Source of the DNA: Candidatus Latescibacterota bacterium
GTDB lineage: Bacteria > Latescibacterota > UBA2968 > UBA8231
NCBI GenBank assembly: GCA_965197905.1
Contig: CBDAOB010000005.1
Location: 1,120,001 to 1,184,000, forward strand
Length of the DNA stretch: 64,000 nt
Reading direction: 5' to 3'
The notes beneath the pieces were generated by a model. It did no database searches and had not been told where the DNA came from. It saw only the letters and a list, made by a program, of their open reading frames with translations. A program made the position numbers and the translations under genes. This document shows, in pieces, positions 28,759 through 38,888 of the stretch; within the stretch, counting starts at the first letter, position 1, and every line of letters begins with the position of its first letter.

Positions 28759-30015
28759 ATGACAGACACGAATAGCGGTTCGACCCTGATTCTTCCTGCG
28801 CTCCTGTTCGACGGTACCGGCAGCAGTGCCAAAGCCGATCAAGCGGTCCTGATTGCGGACGGAGCGATCTCTGCTGTCGGAGATACGGCCCAGATCGTGG
28901 CCGGCGCGCCGTCGTCGGAGACCATTGAGCTCGACTCAGCCTGTTTGACCCCCGGACTGATCGACGGACATACCCATCTGAGCCTCGCCGGAGACGACCG
29001 GGACTACATCGGTCAATTCGCCGACAGCGACGAGGTGATGGTACTGACCGGGGCCATGAACATGCGCAAACATCTCGCTGCGGGAATTACCTCCATACGC
29101 GAGCACGGCGCCCGAAACATGGTCGGCTTCGCGCTGAAAGAGGGATGGAGCCGCGGTTACATTCCGGGCCCAACCATGTTGGTCAGCGGCCGGCCGCTGA
29201 CGTGTACCGGCGGACACTTCCACATGTGCAACGAGGTGGCAGACGGCGAGGAGGAGATCCGCAAATCGGTACGGCGTTTGGTGCACGAAGGCGCCGACTA
29301 CATAAAGATCATGGCATCCGGAGGGGGGACGATCGGCACGGAACCTGGTGTGGCGTCATATTCGCAGGAGGAGCTGCACGCGGCGGTTCATGAAGCCGCC
29401 AATTTCGGCCGCGTGACCGCCGCCCATTGTCGAGCTCGAGAATCCATGTTACGGGCCGTCAAGGCGGGTATTCACCTTATCGAGCACGCCGAGTTCCTCG
29501 ACCCGGAGATGAACTATAGCTTCGATCCGAAGCTAGCGGAGATGATGGTGGATTCCGGGGTATGGGTCAGTCCCACCATCCAGGCAAGCATCGGCTACCA
29601 GCGGAGCCTCGAGCTCGAACAGCTGCGCGAGGCCAGCGAGCTCACCTCGGCTCAAGCGGCCGAGCTGGACGGGCTGCTGGATAAGCGAACCCGTCGCCTG
29701 GAGGTGTTGCGCCGCATGCTTGAGTACGATCTGCGCGAACGCATCGTGCCGGGCACCGACTCGGGCGTGCGCTACCTCGCCTTCGGTCACATGGATTTCG
29801 AGTTGCGCCTGTTGGTGGAGGTCGGTTTTACCCCCGCAGAAGCCCTCAAGGCGGTCACGGCGATCTCAGCCACCGCCGTGGGTCTCACCGACAGAGGAAC
29901 CATCGAGCCGGGAAAGGTGGCGGACCTGGCTGCCTTCGAAGGGGATCCTACCAAAGATATCGGGGCGTTGAGTCGCGTCGTGGCGGTCTTTCAAGCAGGT
30001 CGACGCGTCCGCTAA
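28759..30015 (+). CDS. Metal-dependent amidohydrolase (prolidase-like)
   Basis: PGLIDGHTHL, GADYIKIMASGG, AAHC, IEHA, GTDSG, GTIEPGKVADL. Confidence 0.88.
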   Translation: MTDTNSGSTLILPALLFDGTGSSAKADQAVLIADGAISAVGDTAQIVAGAPSSETIELDSACLTPGLIDGHTHLSLAGDDRDYIGQFADSDEVMVLTGAMNMRKHLAAGITSIREHGARNMVGFALKEGWSRGYIPGPTMLVSGRPLTCTGGHFHMCNEVADGEEEIRKSVRRLVHEGADYIKIMASGGGTIGTEPGVASYSQEELHAAVHEAANFGRVTAAHCRARESMLRAVKAGIHLIEHAEFLDPEMNYSFDPKLAEMMVDSGVWVSPTIQASIGYQRSLELEQLREASELTSAQAAELDGLLDKRTRRLEVLRRMLEYDLRERIVPGTDSGVRYLAFGHMDFELRLLVEVGFTPAEALKAVTAISATAVGLTDRGTIEPGKVADLAAFEGDPTKDIGALSRVVAVFQAGRRVR

Positions 30016-30045
30016 TGCCACAGGCTGCCGGCTTCGAGGATTTCT

Positions 30046-30681
30046 TCATTTCAACAGACTCTTCCTGCCTACCGCGCGACACAGCGGACAAGCGCGAAAA
30101 TCGTGAGACCGCGCCGGGCAGTGTTCCCGGCCGAAGTAGATGATCTGCAGATGCAGCTTAATCCACGCTTCCTCGGGGAAAAGCCGTTTCAGATCGCGCT
30201 CGGTCTGCACGACGTTTTTGCCGGATGAAAGTCCCCAGCGGAAGGCTAACCGGTGAATGTGGGTGTCTACCGGAAAGGTCGGGATGCCGAAATTCTGGGC
30301 CAAAACCACCTGCGCCGTCTTGTGGCCGACACCGGGCAATTCCTCCAGCTCCTCCAGCGACCGAGGCACCTGGCCTTCATGCTTCGCCAGCAGGATCTTG
30401 GACAACCCGCGAATCGCTTTCGACTTTCGCGGCGCCAGTCCGCACGGCCGGATGACCCGCTCGATCTGTTGAGAAGTGAGCTTTGCCATCTGCGTGGGCG
30501 TGCTGGCGCGGGCAAACAGAATCGGTGTCACCTGATTGACGCGGACGTCGGTGCACTGCGCCGACAGGAGCACGGCGACGAGATGGGTGTACGGGTCGCG
30601 ACTCTCCAGCGGCAGCTCGACCCGAGGGTAGAGGCCGTCCAGCGTCTGCATGATGATTCGCGCCTTTTCAGCCTTCGTCAT
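30046..30681 (-). CDS. nth: Endonuclease III
   Basis: LLSAQCTD, HhH LEELPGVGHKTA, FPVDTHIHR, C-terminal Cys cluster. Confidence 0.93.
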   Translation of the reverse strand: MTKAEKARIIMQTLDGLYPRVELPLESRDPYTHLVAVLLSAQCTDVRVNQVTPILFARASTPTQMAKLTSQQIERVIRPCGLAPRKSKAIRGLSKILLAKHEGQVPRSLEELEELPGVGHKTAQVVLAQNFGIPTFPVDTHIHRLAFRWGLSSGKNVVQTERDLKRLFPEEAWIKLHLQIIYFGREHCPARSHDFRACPLCRAVGRKSLLK

Positions 30682-31528
30682 CGGGCTGCTGGCGATGGTT
30701 TTCAAGGAACGCGTCGATCAAGTGGCGCGAGATGCTTATGGAAGGTGGCAGATCGGGCAGGTTGTCGGCTGAGAACCAGTCGGCGTGGGAAAGCTCTCCA
30801 TCGTGCAGGCAAATCTCACCCCCAGCGTACTTGGCGGTAAACCCCAGCATGAGGGAGTTGGGAAACGGCCACGGCTGGCTGGCGAAGTATTCGATGTCCC
30901 GAATCTGGACACCCACTTCCTCTTCCACTTCCCGCTCAACGGCTTCTTCCAAGGTCTCGCCCGGCTCCACGAAGCCGGCAATGATGCTGTATCGACCCTT
31001 GGGGAAACGGCGATTGTGTGCCAGCAGGAGTTGGTTGTCCCGTTCGATGCACACGATGATGGCGGGCGAAAGCCGGGGAAAGGAGAGCAGACCGCAGGAC
31101 GGGCAGGCAAGGGCTCTTTCGTTGGGCCGTGGCTGCGTCGGCGTTCCGCACTGTCCGCAATACTGGTGGGTCCGTGCCCAGGCGACGATCTGCACCGCCC
31201 GTCCGGCCATCGCCATCGATTGGTCATCCAAACGACCGAACAGCTCGCGCAGTCCCGAAAACTCGAATCCGGAGGGGGCGGGAGCGTTGTGCTCCAGCTC
31301 GACAGCCTCGATGTGGGTGCCGGAAATATGCCCGAGATAATGCCTCCGGACCTCGACTAACGACGATGCATGAGGTTTGTCGTCCAGGTTCGGTACCGAG
31401 ACGACCTCGTCGGCCTGGTGGACCAGAAGCTCATCACCCCGGAAACAGAAGTGAAGCGTGGGTCCGCTGGCGTTCGGGGGGTGCGAGACCGCCGAAACGA
31501 ACGTTGCACTCGGAAACGGATTGTTCAA
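30668..31528 (-). CDS. nudC: NAD(+) diphosphatase
   Basis: Zn finger CGQCG...CPSCG, FPRLSPAII, Nudix box AGFVEPGETLEEAVEREVEEEVG, SQPWPFPNS. Confidence 0.93.
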   Translation of the reverse strand: MNNPFPSATFVSAVSHPPNASGPTLHFCFRGDELLVHQADEVVSVPNLDDKPHASSLVEVRRHYLGHISGTHIEAVELEHNAPAPSGFEFSGLRELFGRLDDQSMAMAGRAVQIVAWARTHQYCGQCGTPTQPRPNERALACPSCGLLSFPRLSPAIIVCIERDNQLLLAHNRRFPKGRYSIIAGFVEPGETLEEAVEREVEEEVGVQIRDIEYFASQPWPFPNSLMLGFTAKYAGGEICLHDGELSHADWFSADNLPDLPPSISISRHLIDAFLENHRQQPDDEG

Positions 31529-31584
31529 ATCTTCAGGACCTTCCCGGGCTCATGATGTTCTTCCGATCCAACGCGGCCGGCATG

Positions 31585-32265
31585 TCACAGAATGCCGTAG
31601 GTGTCGTAGGCTTCCTGAGCGGACATGCCGTTCTCGATCGCCGTGCGCACGGTACTTTCACCCCGCACCTTCTCCAACGCGGCAGAAACGATCTCGTCTT
31701 CGGACTCCCTCGGAACCACCAACACTCCATCCAGGTCGCCGAAAATAAGATCGCCCGGTTCCACGTGGACGCCGTTGGCAAAGGATATGGAACAACGGAA
31801 GTCCACCACGCGGCCGCGAACCTGCTGGTCCTGACCGTACCGCCCCAGCGAAAAGGTCGGAAAATCGAGTGCCAGGATCTCCCGAGTATCGCGGGAGCAG
31901 GCGTTCAATACCGCGCCTGCCGCTCCCAGCTGCAGAGCGCGGGTTGTCATGAGCCCGCCCCACGCGGCAAAGGTCGGCGATCCTCCCGTGCACAGGTAGA
32001 CTTCATTCTCGTGCAAGTCGTCTAGTGCCCTGAAGAGCAGGCCAAACGGCTTGCGCGCCTCTTCGTGGTTTATCTCGTCTCCGGCGCCGTCCGCTTCCAG
32101 CACCGGCATCGCCCGGCCTGCCACTATCATGTCCTGGCGCAGGGGTTGAATCTCACGGGGAAGAAACTGCAGCGTCAGACCGGAGGCATCCATCACGTCA
32201 CCCACCACCGCCGTGAACAACTCCGACTTCACCAAGTGAAACAATTCATTATCGCTTTTCCACAT
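31585..32265 (-). CDS. RraA-family protein (HMG aldolase-like)
   Basis: TAVVGDVMD, AWGGLM, SRD, PGDLIFGDLDGVLVVP. Confidence 0.85.
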   Translation of the reverse strand: MWKSDNELFHLVKSELFTAVVGDVMDASGLTLQFLPREIQPLRQDMIVAGRAMPVLEADGAGDEINHEEARKPFGLLFRALDDLHENEVYLCTGGSPTFAAWGGLMTTRALQLGAAGAVLNACSRDTREILALDFPTFSLGRYGQDQQVRGRVVDFRCSISFANGVHVEPGDLIFGDLDGVLVVPRESEDEIVSAALEKVRGESTVRTAIENGMSAQEAYDTYGIL

Positions 32266-32392
32266 GGCTACCCCGCCCATACATTTGGGAGATGATCCTT
32301 CACGAGAGATTCGGACTCCGGAATATCGAACCGCCACCTGGGACGGTCAATAATCGGCGTAGGCATTGTTCGCTAGTGAGGTCGGTGCCGGG

Positions 32393-34261
32393 ATGAGTTC
32401 TATTGCGGAACTCCTTGGCAAGGGATGCTCTTGGACGAAGGCCGTGCTCCTCCTGTCGGTGTCCGGGATAGCCGTCTATCTCAACGCCTTGGATTCGCCC
32501 TTTATCTACGACGACCTGGATCTGATCGTACAAAACCTGGACATCCGCCAGCTCTGGCCTCCCCTGTGGATGTCCGAGACCTCCACCTGGTACGGCTCGG
32601 TAAATCATCGGCCTGTGGTAGCCTTGAGTCTGGCGATCAACTACCGTCTCGGCGAATTGGATGTGTTCGGCTACCACGTCGTCAACCTTCTCGTGCACCT
32701 CTGCGCCGGGCTGGTTGTTTTCGGTCTCGTTCATCGTACTCTGCTCAGCGACGAGCTCAAGCATAGATTCGGCGACAGAGCTTTGGTCCTGGCCACGATC
32801 TGCGCGCTGACTTGGCTCCTGCATCCGCTCCAGAGCCAGGTCGTGAACTACACCTTGCAACGCAGCGAATCGCTCATGGGGTTCTTCTACCTGACCACCT
32901 GTTACTGCTTCGTGCGCGGCTGCCAATCTTCCCGAGCCGGCTGGTTCGTTGTTGCCGTAGGTGCTTGTGCCCTGGGAATGGCGAGCAAAGAGTCGATGGT
33001 CACAGCGCCGGTTGCGGTCTTGATTTTGGATCGCATATACTGTGCGGACTCGTTTGCGAAGATGTTTCGGGAACGATGGACCGCTTATCTAGGGCTTGCG
33101 CTCACCTGGACGATTATAGTTCTACTCACGTGGTCCGGACCGCACCGCGGAACGGTGGGATTCTCCTCCGGGATCACGAGCTGGGTGTATCTGGTAAACC
33201 AGATTGCAGTGGTCGCCCGGTACCTGCAGCTATCGTTCTGGCCATATCCTCTGCTGTTGGATTACGGCTGGCCCAACCCAAATCTGCAGCTCGCGGATGT
33301 CGTGCCGCAGCTGCTATTGATAACCACAATCGCTGCGATCACTGCGGCCGCCCTTGTCAAAGCACCCAAATTCGGTTTCCTGGGCATCTGGTTCTTCCTT
33401 ACGTTGGTCCCGACCTCTAGCGTTGTGCCGATCGTCAACGAGGTCGCTGCAGAGAGAAGGATGTACCTGCCGCTGTTAGGGATTGTGGTAGTGGTGGTGA
33501 TGGGATCGAGCCTGATGCTGCAGGGTCTTCAACGCGCAGGGCCATATGGCTGGGTGTCGCACATCCGTTTTCCTGCAGCCGCCGTGGTAATTGTGGTGTT
33601 GGGCGCGACCACCATCCTTCGCAACCAGGACTACGACAGCGGGTTGTCGATCTGGAAGTCGGTGATTGTCCAGCGACCAGAAAATGCACGGGCTTACAAC
33701 AATCTCGGACACGCCTATGCGGCTGAGGGCGCGCACGCAAAAGCAGCGGACTACTATCGAGCGGCGGTGGAGCTGCGCCCAGCTTATCCCCAAGCACACA
33801 ACAATCTCGGCAATGAGCTGGCGGCCATGGGCGCCCACGACGAAGCTATCGCCAGCTACCGGAGGGCTCTGGAGATCAAGCCGGCTTACGCGAAGGCCGC
33901 TTATAATCTGGGAAACGTCTTGAAATCGCTGCAGGAGACAGGCCCCGCGATCGCCTCGTACCGGCAAGCTCTAGCCGTCAGTCCCGATTTCGTAGCGGCG
34001 CGCAACAACCTCGCCAACACCTTGCTTTCGAGCGGGGCGGTCGACGAGGCGATTGTGCAGTACGAACGCGTCCTGTCCGTGCGCGCCAACGCCATGGTTC
34101 ACAACAACCTCGGGACGGCTCTGATGTCCCAGGGCAAGCTGTCGGCCGCGGCCGTGCATCTGCGCCGAGCCTTTGAGTTGGACCCTCAACTGACACAGGC
34201 GAGAGAGAATCTCGCCGATCTTCGCCGGCAGCTCGGAGAGCCGACGTCGACAAATGAGTAG
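32393..34261 (+). CDS. TMTC-like GT-C membrane glycosyltransferase with C-terminal TPR repeats, copy 1
   Basis: FIYDD loop, RP, YH-N-H, HPLQSQVVNY-QRSE, SKE, AERRMYLP, multiple TM helices, TPRs (AYNNLG, AHNNLG). Confidence 0.85.
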   Translation: MSSIAELLGKGCSWTKAVLLLSVSGIAVYLNALDSPFIYDDLDLIVQNLDIRQLWPPLWMSETSTWYGSVNHRPVVALSLAINYRLGELDVFGYHVVNLLVHLCAGLVVFGLVHRTLLSDELKHRFGDRALVLATICALTWLLHPLQSQVVNYTLQRSESLMGFFYLTTCYCFVRGCQSSRAGWFVVAVGACALGMASKESMVTAPVAVLILDRIYCADSFAKMFRERWTAYLGLALTWTIIVLLTWSGPHRGTVGFSSGITSWVYLVNQIAVVARYLQLSFWPYPLLLDYGWPNPNLQLADVVPQLLLITTIAAITAAALVKAPKFGFLGIWFFLTLVPTSSVVPIVNEVAAERRMYLPLLGIVVVVVMGSSLMLQGLQRAGPYGWVSHIRFPAAAVVIVVLGATTILRNQDYDSGLSIWKSVIVQRPENARAYNNLGHAYAAEGAHAKAADYYRAAVELRPAYPQAHNNLGNELAAMGAHDEAIASYRRALEIKPAYAKAAYNLGNVLKSLQETGPAIASYRQALAVSPDFVAARNNLANTLLSSGAVDEAIVQYERVLSVRANAMVHNNLGTALMSQGKLSAAAVHLRRAFELDPQLTQARENLADLRRQLGEPTSTNE

Positions 34262-36510
34262 CGACCAACGGCATTTCGTTTTGGGGGGTCTGTTGATCGT
34301 TGTCGGCCTGGGCATCTACGCCAACAGCATCTACAACCCGTTCATCTTCGACGATCTGCGTTCGATCGTCGACAACGGTGATATCAAGAGGTTGTGGCCC
34401 CCGACGTGGGCGCCCAGTGAGAATGCGCAGTATCCACCGGTAAACAGTAGGCCCTTGGTCAGCTTTTCTTTGGCCCTGAACTACGCCATCGGAGGACTGT
34501 CGGTAACCGGGTACCATCTTTTCAATCTGGGTGTTCATCTGCTCTCCTCCATTGTGTTGCTGTCGATCCTGTGGCAGCTGCTGCGCTGGAAGGAGCGCTT
34601 GAGGCCTGCCGGCGTCCGGGCTGAATGGATAGCGGTAGGGTCAGCTCTGGTGTGGATGGTTCATCCGCTTCACAGCCAGACCATCAACTACGTTGTTCAA
34701 CGAAGTGAGCTGCTGGTCGGACTGTTCTATCTGCTTACGATCCACTTCTCAATCCTCAGGTTTCACGCCGGTTCGCGCTTCTGGAGCCTGGCGGCGGTCG
34801 GCGCATGCGCCGCGGGCATGGGCAGCAAGGAGGTGATGGTGACGGCGCCAATCATGGTGCTGGCCTTGCATCGATTCTTCGCTGCGCCGACCCTCCGGGC
34901 GGCTCTGGCGGATTGTCCGAAGCTATACGCTGGGCTCTCGGCGACGTGGCTGATCCTCCTAGCTCTCCAATGGTCGGATCCCCACGGAAGCTCGGTCGGT
35001 TTCGGGGGCCGGGTTTCGCCCTGGATTTACGCACTGAACCAAAGCTGGGTGGTGCCGCATTACCTCAGGCTAGCGATCTGGCCCGATCCGCTGGTGTTGG
35101 ACTATGGTTTTCCGGATACCACCCTGACTCTCGCTACAGCAGGACCCGAAGCCGGCCTGCTGCTTCTGATGCTGGCAGCATCCCTGTTTGGTATCTGGAG
35201 ACGCTCCTCGCTCGGCCTGCTCGGTCTGTGGTTTTTTCTGATTCTCGCGCCAACCTCCAGTTTCGTGCCGATTGCCAATGAGGTGGCTGCCGAGAGGCGG
35301 GTCTATCTCTCGCTGGCCGCTGTCTCCGTGCTGGTGGTGTGGATGATGTATTGGGGTCTAGGTCTGCTCGGGTCGAATCATCAAACCGCAACAGGCACCC
35401 GCTTTCGACGCCATGAAATCCTGGGCGGGCTGGTGGTGCTCGGCGTAGCGTCAGGCTTGAGCTACCGGACGGTCGTGCGAAATGTGGAGCACCAGGAGGA
35501 AGATTGCGGTGTGGCGGTCATCGGTGGCTGCGGTGCCCGAGAATCCCAGGGCTCACAACAACCTGGGGGTGCTACTTAGGTCGGGGGGACAACTTGCGGA
35601 GGCGATCGAACAGTATCGGCACGCACTCCGCCTCAAACCGGACTACGCCGAAGCAAACTACAATCTCGGCAACGCGTTGGAAATGACCGCAGATCTGGAG
35701 CAGGCGGTCTACCATTACCGTCAGGCGTTAAAGGCCGATCCCGAATACGCGAAGGCCCACAACAATCTGGGCTTGGTTCTAAAGTCACGCGGCCGACTGG
35801 GAGAAGCTATCGGACATTACCGACAGGCGCGGCGGCTGAACCCTAGAGCGCCCGAAACCCATAACAATCTGGCCGGCGCCTTGGAAGCGATCGGGCAGAC
35901 CGACTCGGCGGTGGCCGCCTATCGACGTGCACTGGGGTTGAGAGCCGACTATGCCGAAGCTCATCAGAACCTGGCAAACCTGCTCAAACGAAGGGGGCAA
36001 GTGCAGGCCGCGGTTCGGCATTACAGACAGGCAATTGCTATCGATTCGACGTTCGTGGAAGCCCACAACAACCTGGGTGTTGTTCTCGGTGGGCAGGGTG
36101 AACGGGAGAAGGCGATCCACCACTTTCGCAGAGCGGTCCATTTCGATCTGGAGTACGCCAAGGCGCACAACAACCTTGGCAACCTGCTGAAATCCGCGGG
36201 TGAAATCGCTTCCGCCATCGAACACTATGAGGCTGCGCTACGTATCGATCCGGCGTTCTCCGAGGCGCACAACAATCTGGGTGTGGCGTTTGGGGCGAAC
36301 AGGCTTTCGGAAGCCTCCATTCACCATTTCGAGAGGGCGGTGGAGCTGGATTCGAACTATGTGCGGGCGCGGCACAATCTTGGCGTAGCGTTGCACATCG
36401 CTGGGCGCCTCGATGAGGCGATTCATCAGTACGAGCTGGCGTTGAAGATCGATCCGAATCTTGCCGTTGCTCGACGAACCCTGGAGATGGCACGGAAACA
36501 GCGAAAGTGA
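34254..36510 (+). pseudogene. TMTC-like GT-C glycosyltransferase with TPR repeats, copy 2; one frameshift near 35500 (probably a sequencing error)
   Basis: FIFDD, HPLHSQTINY-QRSE, SKE, AERRVYL; TPR domain (about nine HNNLG/NYNLG-type repeats) continues in the next frame from ...RNVEHQE/IAVWRSSVAAVPENPRAHNNLG. Confidence 0.8.
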
Positions 36511-36520
36511 GGAGCGGCTC

Positions 36521-37573
36521 TCAAAAGGAGATCACGCCGCCACCGAGGCAGGTGTCTCCTTCGTATACGACGGCATGTTGGCCCGGTGCCACCCCCATAT
36601 CCGGGGTTTGCAACGCCACGCGAATCCCGGAAGTCTCGTTGTGGTCGACGGTGCAATCGTGAAAGTCGGGTCCATGCCGAAGCTTTACCCGCAGCCGTGA
36701 TGGGTTCGGAGGGGGCTCCGAGATCCAGTTGAACGGTCCGGTCTCGAACACCCGGCGTCCGTGGGGCACAAGGTCTTTCCCATGGGCGACGTACACCACG
36801 TTTTCGTCAACCGCTTTGCCCACCACATACCACGGTCCGCCGCCGAGCGAGAGACCGTGCCGCTGTCCGATGGTGTGAAACCAGTACCCCCGGTGCTCGC
36901 CCAAAACCCTGCCGCTGGCGAGTTCGACGATCTTGCCAGGTTTCTCACCCAGGTGAAAGGCGACGAAATCCCGATAGCTGATCTTGCCGAGAAAACAGAT
37001 ACCCTGACTGTCCGGACGATCCTTGTTGCACAATTCGTACTCCGCTGCCAGCGCTCGCACCTGCGACTTGGAGAGGTCCCCGATGGGGAAACGCAGCCTA
37101 TCTAGTTGGTCCGGACGTAAGCTGGAAAGAAAGTAGGTCTGGTCTTTCACCGGATCGGAACCACACCGCAGAATGGCTCGCTCCTCGCGCCGTTCCAGGC
37201 GGGCGTAGTGGCCGGATGCGACCGTTGAGTCGGCGGGGAGCAGGTCGGCGAAGGCGCCGAACTTGATCCGCTGATTACAGAAGATGTCGGGGCTCGGCGT
37301 ACGCCCGCGACGCAGCTCGTCCAGAGCGTAGGTTACCACCCGATCCAGGTATTCCTGTTGCAGGGGTACGATCTCCAACGGAACGCCGATCTGCTCACAA
37401 ACCGATCGGGCCAAGCGAAGGTCGGCATCCCAGGGGCAGTCACCGAGGAACGCAAGCTCCTCTTCGAGCCAAATCTTCAAGTAGAAGGCAGTCAGTTCGT
37501 GTCCCTCGCGGGCGAGCAAATGCAAGGCAACAGAGCTGTCCACCCCTCCAGAAAGCAGTACGGAGATCTTCAT
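36521..37573 (-). CDS. mnmA: tRNA 2-thiouridine(34) synthase
   Basis: SGGVDS, TPSPDIFCN, GHYA, KDQTYFL, DSQGICFLG, TIGQR, PGQ. Confidence 0.95.
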   Translation of the reverse strand: MKISVLLSGGVDSSVALHLLAREGHELTAFYLKIWLEEELAFLGDCPWDADLRLARSVCEQIGVPLEIVPLQQEYLDRVVTYALDELRRGRTPSPDIFCNQRIKFGAFADLLPADSTVASGHYARLERREERAILRCGSDPVKDQTYFLSSLRPDQLDRLRFPIGDLSKSQVRALAAEYELCNKDRPDSQGICFLGKISYRDFVAFHLGEKPGKIVELASGRVLGEHRGYWFHTIGQRHGLSLGGGPWYVVGKAVDENVVYVAHGKDLVPHGRRVFETGPFNWISEPPPNPSRLRVKLRHGPDFHDCTVDHNETSGIRVALQTPDMGVAPGQHAVVYEGDTCLGGGVISF

Positions 37574-37663
37574 CGAGTCACCGACATGACGGTATCAGAG
37601 TTGTCTTCTTTTGAGCGCAGATGATCTCCTCGCTATTTTAGCAACTCTCGACCGCCGGGGGAA

Positions 37664-38869
37664 ATGCGGGGCAGCTTGGCTGAAGTATCCAAAAGAAACC
37701 TGATTTTTTCCGTCTATCTGCCCGCCCTGTGCCTGGCCTTCTGCCGCGGACTCCTGTTGCCAGTACTCCCGCTCTACGTCCGCTCCTTCGACGCCTCTTA
37801 CAGCCTGGTGGGTGTAGTTTTGGCGGCCGAGTCGTTCGGTACCCTCCTATCAGACGTCCCAGCAGGCATGCTGCTGCGGAAACTGGGGCAGAAACCGGTA
37901 ATGCTGCTGGGGCTCGGACTTGTGGTGCTGGGTACGTCCGCTCTCGCCTTTGCCGGAAATCTGCTGCAGGTGTTCCTGTTTCATCTCCTTTCCGGCGTAG
38001 GCGCGGCATTGTGGCACACATCGCGCCACGCCTACCTGGCCGAGGTCGTTCCGATGCGACAGCTGGGAAGGGCGAATTCGACCATGGGCGGCATGGGCCG
38101 GATGGGGGGTTTCTTTGGACCGGTGATGGGTGGTGTGGTGGCGTCCAGCTTCGGGCTGCGGGCGCCGTTTCTGCTGTACGGTGCCGTCGGTGCTGTCGCT
38201 TTAGTTGCGGTTGCCCTTTGGGTTACGCGGGCAGGTACCACCTACAGCCGTCGCCCCTCCCCGGCACTAGGCTCGCTGCTCAAAGACCATTCCAGGGCCC
38301 TGGCAACCGCAGGAACCGGCCAGGTTTTCGCGCAGCTTATCCGTACGGCGAGAGGGGTCATCATTCCGCTTTACGCGGCGGACGTGATCGGGCTCGATCT
38401 GAAATCGGTGGGTCTGATCATGAGTCTCGCGGCGCTCCTCGATATGAGTCTATTCTATCCGGCCGGAATTCTCATGGATCGCTGGGGTCGAAAATACGCC
38501 ACTGTTCCCTGTTTTCTGATTCAGGGGGCAGGCATGGCTCTGATCCCGCTGAGCACAGGATTCGGTTTGCTCCTGGTCGCCGCTCTGGTCATCGGATTGG
38601 GCAACGGCATCGGTGCGGGAACCATGATGACACTGGGAGCGGATCTTGCGCCGTCCAATGCCCGTGGGGAGTTTCTGGGGATCTGGCGTTTCATCGGAGA
38701 CGGCGGACACGCTGGTGGCTCGCTTGCGGTGGGAAGCCTTGGAGACCTGCTCGGCATATCCTCCACCCCGTTCGTAATCGCAGGTGTGGGTGTGCTGGCA
38801 GCTGCCATACTGGGGCTGCTCGTGCCGGAGACCCTGGTGAAGTCGGGGGATCGACGGTCTCTCGCATAA
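37664..38869 (+). CDS. MFS transporter
   Basis: About 12 hydrophobic segments; GxLxDRWGRK-type motif A. Confidence 0.88.
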   Translation: MRGSLAEVSKRNLIFSVYLPALCLAFCRGLLLPVLPLYVRSFDASYSLVGVVLAAESFGTLLSDVPAGMLLRKLGQKPVMLLGLGLVVLGTSALAFAGNLLQVFLFHLLSGVGAALWHTSRHAYLAEVVPMRQLGRANSTMGGMGRMGGFFGPVMGGVVASSFGLRAPFLLYGAVGAVALVAVALWVTRAGTTYSRRPSPALGSLLKDHSRALATAGTGQVFAQLIRTARGVIIPLYAADVIGLDLKSVGLIMSLAALLDMSLFYPAGILMDRWGRKYATVPCFLIQGAGMALIPLSTGFGLLLVAALVIGLGNGIGAGTMMTLGADLAPSNARGEFLGIWRFIGDGGHAGGSLAVGSLGDLLGISSTPFVIAGVGVLAAAILGLLVPETLVKSGDRRSLA

Positions 38870-38888
38870 GAGGGATGTAATCTCAAAA

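Noticed and set aside
33690..36420. Recurrent CACAACAA(C/T)CT motifs at about 102-nt spacing as a CRISPR or DNA repeat
   Set aside because: They encode the HNNL of 34-aa TPR repeats inside ORFs
37729..38880. 383-aa alternative-frame ORF over the MFS transporter
   Set aside because: Arg/Gly-rich shadow frame; the MFS frame is clearly the real gene
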